This document shows positions 26,639 through 38,036 of a stretch of DNA of 64,000 bases, in pieces. Position numbers and translations under genes: made by a program. The DNA is from Halocafeteria seosinensis (taxonomy: Eukaryota). The notes under the pieces were generated by a model. It was not told the origin of the DNA. It saw only the letters and a program-made list of their open reading frames with translations, and ran no database searches. The stretch's first letter is position 1. The number at the start of each line of letters is the position of its first letter. The stretch covers positions 62,001 through 126,000 of the forward strand of contig LVLI01000020.1 of assembly GCA_001687465.1 (NCBI GenBank), written 5' to 3'.

Positions 26639-27138
26639 GCGGCAACGCGCTACTCCGCAGTGAAGCTACTTACGTGAACAGAAAATTGGTTCATCAAGGA
26701 ATCCTGTTAAGCGCTAAACACTGCACAAGAGGTTAGCACCCCTTTATGTTAATTGAACGCATGCACTTCAAAATCGGCTTCAAATTGGAAGGCGCATAAC
26801 GCGGAATATCGGCCAACAATTATGAAGCACCAATGGCAGAAATCGCGCTGTTCCCACTTTATAGCAGATATGATTACAAAGGTATGAATCTAAAACACTA
26901 TCTTCTTTTGCGAATTGACGTATTCTTTATTCCTTTCAAGAGATTTCACACCACTACGGTTCTGTCCAAGAAACTTCTGGAATACATTGCTTCGTCTTCC
27001 CAGATTTGATGGAAAACCATTTTTCTAGTTTGTTCCATTTTATTCATCCTGTATATGATAGGGTTATATTTGTAGGGATTGTGCATGTCTCTTGGTTGTC
27101 TAGTTAGTGTGTCATAGACCGTGCCTGCAGCCGGTGCA

Positions 27139-29801
27139 ATGTCGTCCGAGCAGCACCATCAATTAGTGCAAGGTAGAGTGCATAATCGAACCCCTCTTTT
27201 TTATTATCTATATGTTGTACAGGTGTAATTCCTTGTGGTACATGCAGAGCTGGAACGACTACGGGATGAAAATGAACGACTTAGAACGGCATTACTACCC
27301 CAGAGAGAGGACCGTCCTACGCCGGACATTGGCGCTTCGCCCAGCTTTCAAGGGTATATGGTGGACGATGCAAGTGGGATATCCTCTAGAATGGAAGCTT
27401 TATCCATGAGTGAGAGATCTCCCTCGAATTCTATCGGAAGAATCCTTTCGAATGAAGGAGAAAGCACTGGAACCCCGCCGCCGTTTAAAGCTGATCTCCT
27501 ACGTAGTCGAGATTGGAGTACGGGTAGAAGCGCTGCTGCCTCTGATGTCATCCCCCGCGCGGCAAGTTCTCCTCGAACGCCTGAGCTTCCATCCAATTCG
27601 TCGGTTAGTCCTCCCGTTGCTGAAGGCGGTCAAAACGGTCCCAGGGCTCCCGAAGTCCCTTCGTCTTTCGCGGAAGACCAGTGGAATCACCTGAGGGAAC
27701 CCATTCTGCTGGATCACGAAATTCGCAAATCCACTGCCAAGTTCTCGCTTGTAACTGGCATAGGTGAGCTGACTAATCTTTTGTTGTGGAAAGTGTCTGT
27801 GGTTTTTACCAACTTATGTATGAGTGTATGCAGAGTACGAAATTATCACGAAGCTATTTGTAAGCTAAAGTTTAGTGCTTTGTCCATCTCATGATACGCA
27901 CACAACTGAATTGGACACTTACGTTGGTGCAGAAATCATGCGAGGTAAACAGGAGCTTAAGAAATGCATTTCAGGAACTGATGCGTTGGAAACGCAGTTC
28001 TATCGTACTAATCGGCTCAGGCAAGAAAAAACCCACTCCGTATAGGTGTAGCCCGTCTGCATTACGTAACAATGTAAGTCACTACTCCAAACTATACTAT
28101 ACCTATTTCTGTCATGGTATAATCGGTGTTTGCCTTTTGCAGGAAAGTCACACACTGCTTCACCATGCTGCCAAGCATACAGACTTCCCCGAAGTTCTAA
28201 CTTTCCTTGTAACAGAGCTTGATATCCCCGTTAATATAACGGACATGTGCGGCCGTGTGCCACTGCATTTCGCAGCGTTTCGGGGGTCCTTGAATTTAGT
28301 GCAGGAACTACTCAATCTCGGTGCTGACCCTGCCGCTACTGATGTAGTACGTCAGACGTAAATTTCGTATCCAATTTGTGTTCTGCGTTGCTCATCTGGA
28401 TTGTGTGTATATACCTTGCTGCAGCGAGGATTTACCCCGTTAATGTACGCTAAAGTTGGTGAGAACAAAGAATCCCCAGAGTATTTTCTAGTTAGAATGC
28501 TCCTGGAGCGTCTGGATCCTTCCCCACAATCCCCAGATCTCATGGATAACTCTTTTTTCCCCAGGAACAGTCCTCTCCGAGGTATTGCATCGAGGGTGGC
28601 CTCACCTAGTTCATACGACGCCACTCCACCTCAGGGTACGATCGCCTCTGGGGCAAGATTGCTGACTCCAAGGCATTACAGCACCCCGTACACGAACGTG
28701 CTTCGACGAATCGCAAGTCCGAAAAGCGAGGAGGAAATATCTTTTAAGAAGAGCCTCACCGAGTCATTTCAATCCGTTGCTTCCCCTGATGGAAAGGCGC
28801 TGAATAAGGATAACTGGGAGAGCTCTCCGACACTTGTAGAAGACCAGAACCCTATATTTCACTTTGTACTACTTTTGGTTGATTCGCGACTGCCGCTTTT
28901 GTGTGACGCGTGTGAGCGTCTCTCGCCTAGGTTGCAGCTCCGATCAATCCCACTTTCCCAAACGAGGAGTAATTCTATGAGGGAAATGATAAGGGCTGTA
29001 TGTGAAACGCCAATGCCTCCGTTCCAAGGTACGGACTCACTGTTGACGGAAACCGGTCCAAAATCTTACGCCGTGGGAGCGTTCGTCGGCCCTATTAGGG
29101 ACTCTGAGGTTGCATCTGCGTTTGCCAAAGCATGGAAGAGAAAACTTCTTTACTGTCACTCGCGATGTGAATGTACAGCAGAGTGCGATGAGACAACGGA
29201 GAATAATTATTCTCGTCTCCGCAGTGCGCTCTCTTCTAGTCCTTCCAAAAGAGTCGCCGCCCAGGAAGCTTTCATGGAGACCTTGCGATGTCCACAGAAG
29301 GAAGGCTCCGGTTTTTGCGAGTTCTCAGCGGTGGCTAACGGGAAACAGTTACTCGAAAAAGAGCAATGGATCCTAGGCGACGAGCTCCACCCGGACTTAC
29401 GCCTGCCACGGACGATGTGTGCATCTGTCGGCGGAATGGGATACACTAGGTCGAACACTGATTCCTTGCAGACGTTTCTAGAGAAGCGAGAAATTTGGGA
29501 TATATTAGGTGATATACAAAGGATGTTTACAGTTACCATCCCCTACCTCGACTCTGCTGAGAAACGACAGGGTCTTGCGGATATGTTGCAGAATCGAGTA
29601 TCGCGGCATTCAGGAAGCGGTTTCACCGAAGAACCTGAGGATCTCTACCAACGCCTCGGCACATGGACGTCGCAATTTATGAGTGAAGAGAAAAAGGAAG
29701 AGGCTTGTAATCTTTATAAGGTTCTCGCAGAAAAAATGAATGATGCATGTGGTATCCAAGGAAACCAAACGTCTCAACCTGCAGACTCGGGTGCGGGTTA
29801 A
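27139..29801 (+). CDS. Ankyrin-repeat-containing protein (multi-exon)
   Basis: 'HTLLHHAAK', 'GRVPLHFAAFRG...V.ELLNLGADP', 'GFTPLMYA'; ATG 27139 splices into 'ELERLRDENERLR'. Confidence 0.7.
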
Positions 29802-30081
29802 ACTCGAAATTGTCACCGTTATTGATTGAAGGATCGTATTTAACAGGATTCTCCGAATGGGAACCGGGAGAGTCCACAATATACTCCACATGCTATGGAT
29901 GACTGTGTATTTATTACGCGGTATTTAAGACTGCAGGACTGGCTATTCAAGTGCCAACGAAGGCGAGGCCAGCCTAGTTGCTGTCAAACATACATTGTAG
30001 TGGTTCCCCAGGCAATGTTCATAGAAAGTGTTTCCGTGGACATAAATGCACTATTATCCAATACAAGCATACGAAGGTTAT

Positions 30082-30530
30082 TTAATGAGAATCACCATTG
30101 TCTTCCTTCGCCTTTGGTCCATGATGCACGGCGAGCCAGACAGTAGGAGTAACGGTGCCCTCAGTTCCACGAGCGGCTGAGGTAGATGCTACTCGATGTC
30201 GGGTATGAGCTGGAATGAGGAGGTAGTCCCCGGCGCTCAAATGTCTGGGAGAGTCCTCGCCTTCAATCTGGAGCTGAGCTTCTCCTTGCAAAACCACTAC
30301 CCACTCATCATCTTCCTGATCGTACCTGCAAGTCACTTATTCACCGATTCTTCACCGCTCTAGCTTGGATACCGAAGCTGCCAGGACACGTACCATTGCC
30401 CTTCTGGAGTTGATTGGCCTGTACTTACTATCCTGTATATTCGAGCGCTCCGAGACTCTCGCAGCGGAGTGAATTCCTCTTCAGTCAGTTCTGAAGTAGG
30501 CAAGTTGTCGAACAGATTGCCGGAATCCAT
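30082..30530 (-). CDS. Small bacterial-type cupin (exons 30530-30394, 30325-30082; 126 aa)
   Basis: 'NLF', 'RIVSTGQSTP..WYDQ..DEWVVVLQGEA', 'GDYLLIPAH.RHRV', 'TVWLAVH'; 68-nt GT-AG intron at 30326-30393. Confidence 0.85.
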
Positions 30531-30708
30531 TATAAACCAGACCTTGGGACATTCTAACTCCTTACAAACGGAAAATACTGCAGCGGTTGAGATGCATGAA
30601 TGGTTCAACACTCTAAGATACCAACAAAACCAGTGCTCAAAAAAAGTACTCGTACGTCGTTAACACATTATGTCGGATTTATGTTTCCAACTTGTTGACT
30701 GGGAAACG

Positions 30709-32656
30709 CTACAGCATTTCTCCGAAATCAGTCGAGCTGAAAATATCCTCCATAGTTTGCGCATCGCCCACTTCATGTTTTTGTTTTTTAGAAGGAATTG
30801 ATCCTTCAGAATTTTCTGATGAACTGCTCAGCGGTGTCTTACGGCCAACAGACCTTGGGGCCTTAAAACTCTTCACGTTTTTTTCGTGCTTCCTCGCTTC
30901 AAGGTATTCTTCGAGTTTTCGGGTTCCGTCCGCAAAATCATGCTTAGAGGGAGTTGAGTTAGCGTAGAGAGAAGCGTAGAATTCAACTACTCGCGGGTGC
31001 GCTCGTACGCATTGTCTGGAAAACCCTCTCACAAGCATTCTGTCAATCCCGGTAGCTCGGCTCAAGGCAACGTAGGCTTGTCCAAAGTCAAAAATTCCTT
31101 GCATGCTGCATTCCATCAAATCGACTGTCATTCCCTGGCTCTTGTGAATACTTAAAGCATAGGCAAGTTTTAGAGGCACTTGTTCCCGTTTTGCCAGTGT
31201 TTCACTGCCCCTTTCGATCGTCCATGACTTCCGGGGGAGAGTTTCATAGGTTTCACCTTCATGAGTTAAAAATTTTACCCGAGGATACTTGACAGAAGAC
31301 TGCGTTTCTATTTCTTCACAGAATTCGGCAACTATTCCGCGGGTGCCATTAACCAGACCTCGTGAGACATCAAGATTCTGTCAAAAACATTTCAAAGGGA
31401 CATAGGAATGGGTTGATGCATACTAACAGTACACGTACCTGGAGAAGTATTACTTGAGCGCCAATGCGTAGTCTTAGCGTCTCGGGGGCAGTACAGTTTC
31501 GCTTCAGTTGGTCAACGAAGGGCTGCTGGCCAGTGTCCTTAGCAACGAATGCCTTTTCTTCTCCTTTGCATTTCTGTAGTTCGGTCTCGTTAATGCGATC
31601 TACGTCCCTGTTAAGAGCGTATAAAAGAGTCGGCTTGATGTCTGAGTTTGATTCGCGTAGCTGTTTTACCACCTTGCCTGCGGATTGCAGCTGGCGTTCG
31701 GCCTCCTCGGACACGCGACCTTTACGAATTTCGTTTAAAATATTGACGAATGCTTGATCTTTCTGTCTAAAGATCTGATCTAAAACGATGCTTCGCTGGA
31801 TACACATTTTCCATGATTTTGATTCGAAACAAAAATGTGCGGGGTCTACCTCGCGACCTCCCTTTCTTCCTGATAAACCTACCGGTGGCAACTGAAAAAA
31901 GTCACCACAGAGAATAAGTTGAATTCCACCAAATGGTTGATCGTTGTTTCGGATTGCTCGAGCAATCGCCTCGAGTTTGTCAAAGAGCTCCGCGTCCAAC
32001 ATACTAATCTCATCGATAACGAGTACTCTACACTGTTGCCATCTCTCTTTGGCTTGGCGACTACTTCTAACCTTTTTCAAAAGAGTGGCGGTATCACCTT
32101 CACCTTTCCCTATCCCACCAAAGGAATGGATGGTTGTGCCACCGATATTGCATGCAGCAATTCCTGTGGGTGCTGTCACGTGCAGTGCTTCCTCCGCGTA
32201 CTGCCGGTTGCCAGTCTTATTATAGAAACTTCTTTTCAAAGCGTCCACACATATCTTCAATACATGACTTTTACCCGTCCCAGCACTACCTGTGAAAAAG
32301 ACGCTCTCGCCTTCCAATACCGCGGCAAGAACGCTTCTCTGTCCTTCGGACAGACCTTCAGAATCCTCGATGTCAACTACGGTATCGTCTGGAAGTTCGT
32401 CTGCGCCTGTGTTATCCATTTCTGACGCTCGCGAAAACTCAGAATCTTTTAGGTCCCCATTAAAGGAAGATCTTGAACAGGCCGACTGACTATGTCCCGC
32501 CTCAGAGGAAGCCGTGCTACTTCCTGAACCGCCGGTTTTGCGAGGAACTTGGAACGGCTTCCGTTTCTTTGGTTCCCCTTTATTAGTAGAAGTGGAGGAT
32601 GAACTAACAGATTGTAAACGTTCTTCTACCCTAGCATGGCTATTCTGCATCACCAT
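30709..32656 (-). CDS. PIF1: ATP-dependent DNA helicase PIF1 (exons 32656-31439, 31377-30709)
   Basis: 'FFTGSAGTGKS', 'APTGIAA', 'IDEISM', 'FGGIQLILCGDFFQLPP', 'LVNGTRG', 'IHKSQGMT', 'YVALSR'. Confidence 0.95.
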
Positions 32657-32889
32657 GGTAGTCGTTTACATTCAAGAATGACTATACTCGACGATGTACA
32701 TAGCAACTTACTGCAGCATCCTCCAGTGGAACGATGACGTTGTTCTTCGTAGTGATACCATCCCCAACAGATATCATCCTAGACATAACTCTCTTAATTT
32801 CATCTCGTTCGTATTGTTCACAACTGTATATAGGAAACGTCCATTGTCTTCGATGTTGACTTACGTCCCTTAGTTCTAACAATGCCTAC

Positions 32890-33330
32890 TTACCTGCCAT
32901 AGCATTGTGATCTCACATTTCGTGCCGTTGCAGCAATGGAACCTGCCAAGATTTGAGAGAGCAAGAGCATATTTTTAGGTTGCTCCCTGAGCTCTTTGAC
33001 AATACTCAATATTTGCGTTCTTATATGTTCATAGTCCCTCTGTTTCTCGGGAGACATGCTATTCTGGTGGTATCCTCCTGTATGTATCCACAGAAGGGCA
33101 TTACGAGACATTAAGTATACCGCCATCGCATCACACTGTTTATTCCCTATAATATGCGCTGTAAAAACTGCATATAGAGCCACACACCTCCGTTATAATT
33201 CCCATTGCTCTGTCTTCTGGCGTAGCTCGTTCCCGATTCCAGTTGCGCCGCTGGGCGTCTTGAATGCCACATATCGCCTTCAGGAAGACACTAATCTATT
33301 GGGCAATAATCTATCTTTGTTATTTTTCAT
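32890..33330 (-). pseudogene. Decayed reading frame of unknown origin
   Basis: The 32890-33183 ORF extends upstream in the same frame to an ATG at 33330 through in-frame TGA and TAA; no family recognised. Confidence 0.3.
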
Positions 33331-33494
33331 GTATCTGTACTATATCTGCTGAAAAAGCGTGTCAATTCCAGGCGATTCCTTTTGTCTTCCTGTCTTCGTG
33401 GAATTCAAATTGAGCGACTCCCCGGCCGTTAAGACTCGAGAGTCTCAGAGTCCAGAAGCCCGGATACACGTTGGAGGCAACTTGGAGCAGAAAT

Positions 33495-33529
33495 GGTCTA
33501 GGTCCTAGGTTTTGGTCTAGGTCTAGGTC
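33495..33529. repeat. Short tandem (T)CTAGG(T) repeats
   Basis: ggtctaggtcctaggttttggtctaggtctaggtc; further ctaggg copies near 33593-33607. Confidence 0.6.
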
Positions 33530-34300
33530 TTCGCTCAAGAAAGATCTAACAATTCCGGCTAAAGGGAATGCCGTTTGTTTCCCGGACCTGATCTAGGGAC
33601 CCTAGGGTTCCGCACTGACGTACAGGAGACCAGACTGGTCTGACCAGTACTGTAGACCTTCCAAGTAGCGACGCAGTTGGAATTTTTTATCGAACTTAGT
33701 CATAGTCATCGGCAACAGGAAAGGCACACCATGGAAAGCCCTTAGCAATAGGTTAGCTTGTACGCCAGAGGTGACACTCACACAGCACCCCGAGGAACGT
33801 AACGCAACGTCTACAGTGTGGTACTGTTCAGAGAATTGCCAATCAGTTGGCAATCACCAATGGATCGGCGTCTAACCGAGTGATGTCAAAGACCACATGG
33901 CATGCATCCTCCTCACTCTTCCGTTGCAAAACCTCTAATTTACGCTACATTCGTGACTGTAATCGAACTAAATAGGCTCTTTTCCATATTGGAATGATCG
34001 GTCAAAATCACTTTGCTCCCTTGAGCTTCTCCATATGGTATAGCATATTCTGGGATACTCTCCATTACTGCGTCGCACTAGATTCAAAGAGCTAGAGCGC
34101 ATGTTGAACTTGCTCTCTATGTGTTTCATTAACAGCCCTAAGAAGATAATTCGTCGTGGTATGTGGCTGCGTCAAAATATCAACGCAACTTCGAACTTCA
34201 CCGGCCTACTTTTCGCCACTAGTACAGGGGTTGTATTACATGGTAGTGGAAGCGGGTCCAGTAAAAGACGATCTCTTGGTATTGCTTTCTTACCATGGTA

Positions 34301-37300
34301 TTATAATAGGTCATGAAAATATAATATAATGAGAATCGTAGTGACAAAGAAGAAGAACCGAATGGAAGCTGCACGCTTCTCGTGTGGAATGCTGTTTGGA
34401 TCGGTACCGACGTGCCAATCAAACCTACGGAAAAAAGATAGAAATTTTCCACGCTTTTGGTGAACCCACAGATGGCCCCACTCAACGTGGTTTTTGAACA
34501 AGCATGATAATGCCGACGCTTTCATCCTGGTGCCATGTCTCTTGCCTGTGTACTCAGCAGCTGTGACAGTGTCAATTGTTAAGTGATGCCTTATGTCCAT
34601 GCCAACTTCGATGAGGATACAACTGGAGCACAACAGTAACCATATCTGAAACCGAGTGCCTAAGTGCATGTGGCTTGGGAAGCCACTCAATGCACTAATG
34701 ACCGCTACTACCGATATGAGAAATATTACTTCAATAATATTCGGCCAATTGATGTAACTGAATTCAGGGTACATGTCCACGAGTAAACCATCTCCTTGGG
34801 TCCAATCAAAGAACCTCCATGACGAAAATTTACCATTGTCCCACCACGGGTGGCCCACGTGGACTGTTGGAACACTAAACAACGGTTTTCCAGAATCCGC
34901 TACTGTGTCAAGACACATTGCAATATCTTCCCCGCCCCCACTCTTAGGGAAAACAGACCGAAACCTACATCTATAACGTCGTTGCAAAATGAGGTTTGCA
35001 GTGACTCCCCAACCGACAACATAACGATCTTGCGGAAGTTGCCAAAAATAGGTTAAATAGGCGAGTTGTACAGCGGCTGTGCGTATACTATTCACTGCCG
35101 GAAAAGAAGTTACTCCCACGAACCCTGCTGCTTGATCACCATGGTTGCGTATGGCTGTGAAATAGTGCTTCAGAGTGTCTGAAGGGGCATCGACGTCATC
35201 GTCTAGGAAGAGAACCCACTGTGCTGCAGATTCTTCTATTCCACGATTTCTCGAGAAGGAGGCCCCCATATTTTCAGAATTTACACGTACTCTCACGTAC
35301 CCAAAGTATTTCTCTTGAAGCTGCTTAACTTTGACTAATTCGCCCGAAGATGGGTCATCGATGATTATCACAATCAGCGTTGAGCATTGGTCAGGGGTAC
35401 GCATAGCAGCAATTTTGTCGAGAACCTGAAAATTTACCCGATACGATGGGACGACTACATCCAGTGTTGTAACTGTAGCTTCTACTCCAGCCTGCTGCTC
35501 TACAGATTTCACTGACTCTTCTAACACGGAATACTTCCAAGAATCTGTGTGAAGCGGTACGTATCGGGGATGTGACTCCGCTCCACCAACGCTGTTGTAC
35601 AGCCATACGTCGGGAAGGAAACTGCATGCCCCGAAACGTCTGTACACTTCCCACACCCACGGATCGGCGTCCTGGTTGACAAAGCAAGGAGGACAAAAAT
35701 TACCGGCAAACAGCTGTACATGCTTTCTATGCACCACCGGAAATGTCGGAAAGCCGGGGGAGGTGGCATCTTTGATACAAACGGTGCCGAATCCATACCA
35801 ACTTGCCATGGATCCGCCGTACCTGGCAGCCATGTTTCGGGCGTGTAGTTCGAACTCCTGAACAACTGCGCCAAACCAATCCCAGCAATTTAGCGAAACG
35901 TCGTCTCCAAGCAGTATAAAAAACTCTAAACCGTCGTTGAAAGCTGTTTTCACTATTTCATTGTACACGTGATATACCGGAAACGTATTCTGTTGCACTT
36001 CTTCGGTGGTCTCATTTCTGACCCACTTTGTTACCGATGTACCTATCAATTTCTCGAACCACTTTGAACTCTTGTCGCTCAGGCGTTTATCCCTCTTGTC
36101 TATTACAATGTAACAGCGTGATTCTTCCGGAAGCGAGCGTCCTACTTTTTTCAAGTTGGTTTGCACTTCGTTTAACTCTTTGCCCCTCGATGTAATTGGG
36201 AGTCCAATAGCCAGTTTCTCCTGTCTGCGCACAGCGACATCAGCTACTGTGGGCTTCAATCCTGTAGAGAAAGATATAGGACAGGAGAGTTTAAACACCC
36301 TACTTATTTCGTCCCACTGGCCCAAACGGCCCTTATCGCCAGCAGGTTGAGACAGGTCATGTGTCAAGGGTGGACTTTGAACAGAGTAGCGGGGTTCATA
36401 GCCTCTCGTTGCAGTTTCTGCAAGTATGGCTTTTGCAACGTTGTCTACTGTCAACGGGACACCAGTGCCAACGGATACAGCTTTTCTCCCCTCGATCATC
36501 CATTCTTGTGGCCATTTATCTATCAGCATACATCGAATCAGGGCCGTAGCTGCATCTGCCACATAAATGAAGTCCCTGAAGTGAGTCCCATCTCCAGCAA
36601 CTGATAACGGTTCCCCTTGCTGCGTGCCTAGCGCTTTACAAATTAATGCAGGAACAACCTGAGATGTCTTATCAAGGGCCATTTTAGGACCATATACATT
36701 ATGTAAACGTGCGATCCGGAATTCGAAATGTTCATTCGCATGGTCATGAAGTGTTCCTAGAATCTCTCCGAAAAGCTTGGACCACCCGTACCCAGATTCG
36801 GGGTCCGCCGGGAATACGTCTCTCTCCGTCAGTGCCTTACTCTCCGAAGCATTCTTACAATCCTGTTTCGACTTCGGGAAGCTACATGCAGTCGCAGGAT
36901 AGACAATTCTTCGAATGCGGGAGCCAGGAGCCGAGGCTGCCTCAAGAACGTTGATAGATATTTGCGTCGTCAAGCTTGCAATTTGTGCTTCCGCGCTCTT
37001 AGAGGACAACACTCGTAGACACCCTGCTACAGGACTTGCTAAATGAAGCACTGCATCTGCTCCTAGCTTCATAAAGCAATCTTGGACGGATTGCTTTTCG
37101 CTTAGATCCACTTGGTACACTGGAGTGTTACCGTCCAAATTCGATAGAGATCCTCTGCTCAAGTCATCCACCACAAATACTTGTATACCCAATTCTTGCA
37201 GTTGCTCCACGACGTGAGATCCAATAAACCCTGCTCCGCCGGTAACGATGATGCTTTCTATTGACGAAGACTCATCATCTCGTATGTTTTCGCACCATTC

Positions 37301-37579
37301 TCTATTCAGTCTACCCATTTGGTCTCCCATTGCACAGGTTTTCAGTGCTTGCTGTATTTCTGCGCACACGGACCAAAAGAAAGAAGTATTAGGCAATGTG
37401 ATCTGTTGAACGTGATGGCTTTCCAGAATTACCCACTGCAAATAGGAATTACAGCACATAACCCAACAATGTCCCTGGTAAGATACAATGGTACCCAAAA
37501 CACAACAGATGCGAGCAGTGCGGGAGTGAGAAATGTCTTTGCCTTCAATGTGTACTTCAGCTGAAGCAAGTTGTGTCAA
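34301..37579 (-). CDS. Fusion protein: NAD-dependent nucleotide-sugar epimerase + two GT-A (GT2-like) domains + C-terminal TM helices; true start may be near 37330
   Basis: 'IIVTGGAGFIGSH', 'YGWSK', 'RLHNVYGP', 'RDFIYVAD'; then 'LLGDDV' (GT-A 1), 'VVVPSYR', 'GASFSRNRG', 'LFLDDDV', 'GGGED' (GT2); intronless. Confidence 0.85.
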   Translation of the reverse strand: MTQLASAEVHIEGKDISHSRTARICCVLGTIVSYQGHCWVMCCNSYLQWVILESHHVQQITLPNTSFFWSVCAEIQQALKTCAMGDQMGRLNREWCENIRDDESSSIESIIVTGGAGFIGSHVVEQLQELGIQVFVVDDLSRGSLSNLDGNTPVYQVDLSEKQSVQDCFMKLGADAVLHLASPVAGCLRVLSSKSAEAQIASLTTQISINVLEAASAPGSRIRRIVYPATACSFPKSKQDCKNASESKALTERDVFPADPESGYGWSKLFGEILGTLHDHANEHFEFRIARLHNVYGPKMALDKTSQVVPALICKALGTQQGEPLSVAGDGTHFRDFIYVADAATALIRCMLIDKWPQEWMIEGRKAVSVGTGVPLTVDNVAKAILAETATRGYEPRYSVQSPPLTHDLSQPAGDKGRLGQWDEISRVFKLSCPISFSTGLKPTVADVAVRRQEKLAIGLPITSRGKELNEVQTNLKKVGRSLPEESRCYIVIDKRDKRLSDKSSKWFEKLIGTSVTKWVRNETTEEVQQNTFPVYHVYNEIVKTAFNDGLEFFILLGDDVSLNCWDWFGAVVQEFELHARNMAARYGGSMASWYGFGTVCIKDATSPGFPTFPVVHRKHVQLFAGNFCPPCFVNQDADPWVWEVYRRFGACSFLPDVWLYNSVGGAESHPRYVPLHTDSWKYSVLEESVKSVEQQAGVEATVTTLDVVVPSYRVNFQVLDKIAAMRTPDQCSTLIVIIIDDPSSGELVKVKQLQEKYFGYVRVRVNSENMGASFSRNRGIEESAAQWVLFLDDDVDAPSDTLKHYFTAIRNHGDQAAGFVGVTSFPAVNSIRTAAVQLAYLTYFWQLPQDRYVVGWGVTANLILQRRYRCRFRSVFPKSGGGEDIAMCLDTVADSGKPLFSVPTVHVGHPWWDNGKFSSWRFFDWTQGDGLLVDMYPEFSYINWPNIIEVIFLISVVAVISALSGFPSHMHLGTRFQIWLLLCSSCILIEVGMDIRHHLTIDTVTAAEYTGKRHGTRMKASALSCLFKNHVEWGHLWVHQKRGKFLSFFRRFDWHVGTDPNSIPHEKRAASIRFFFFVTTILIILYFHDLL

Positions 37580-38036
37580 AGTTCCAGCGTGAATGCCGAT
37601 CCCAATAGGCGGCAGTGCGTCGGCAAACGCGTTGCTCTCTCACATATATCGAATACATAGTAAACTTCTTGTTGACACTTCAACGGGACTGGAACCAGTG
37701 TGGAACCTGCTCTCACTGTCAATTGCTGTGTGAGCCATTGAACAGCGATGGATATTCTTGCAATGCCGATGTCCATTTTATTCACTATTAGGTCGCAGAG
37801 AACCCAACTTCGAGATCCTGTACCGATGATTCGTGTTCCAGTCCCCTTTCCAACAGCCTGAGCTCTTCGCCCTTGCTTGTTGAAGTTTGGGAGCTGGTTC
37901 ATTGCACGACGGGCAATGCGCATGCACCCATGTCACGTGTCTTTATGGGTTTGTCAGAGCACTCACCCAGTTAGCAAGCGATAACCATTATCCCATCCAT
38001 AACACTGGCATTCGCTTTGGCTGAAACGGTGTCAAA

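Noticed and set aside
30709..32656. PIF1 as a Helitron Rep/Hel gene
   Set aside because: No HUH Rep domain or Helitron termini; looks like cellular PIF1 with a normal intron
33495..33607. CTAGG repeats as an interstitial telomere
   Set aside because: Too few and too degenerate, and not TTAGGG or TTTAGGG
37576..37923. 115-aa ORF upstream of the epimerase-GT fusion
   Set aside because: No recognisable motif; cannot be supported as a gene from sequence alone
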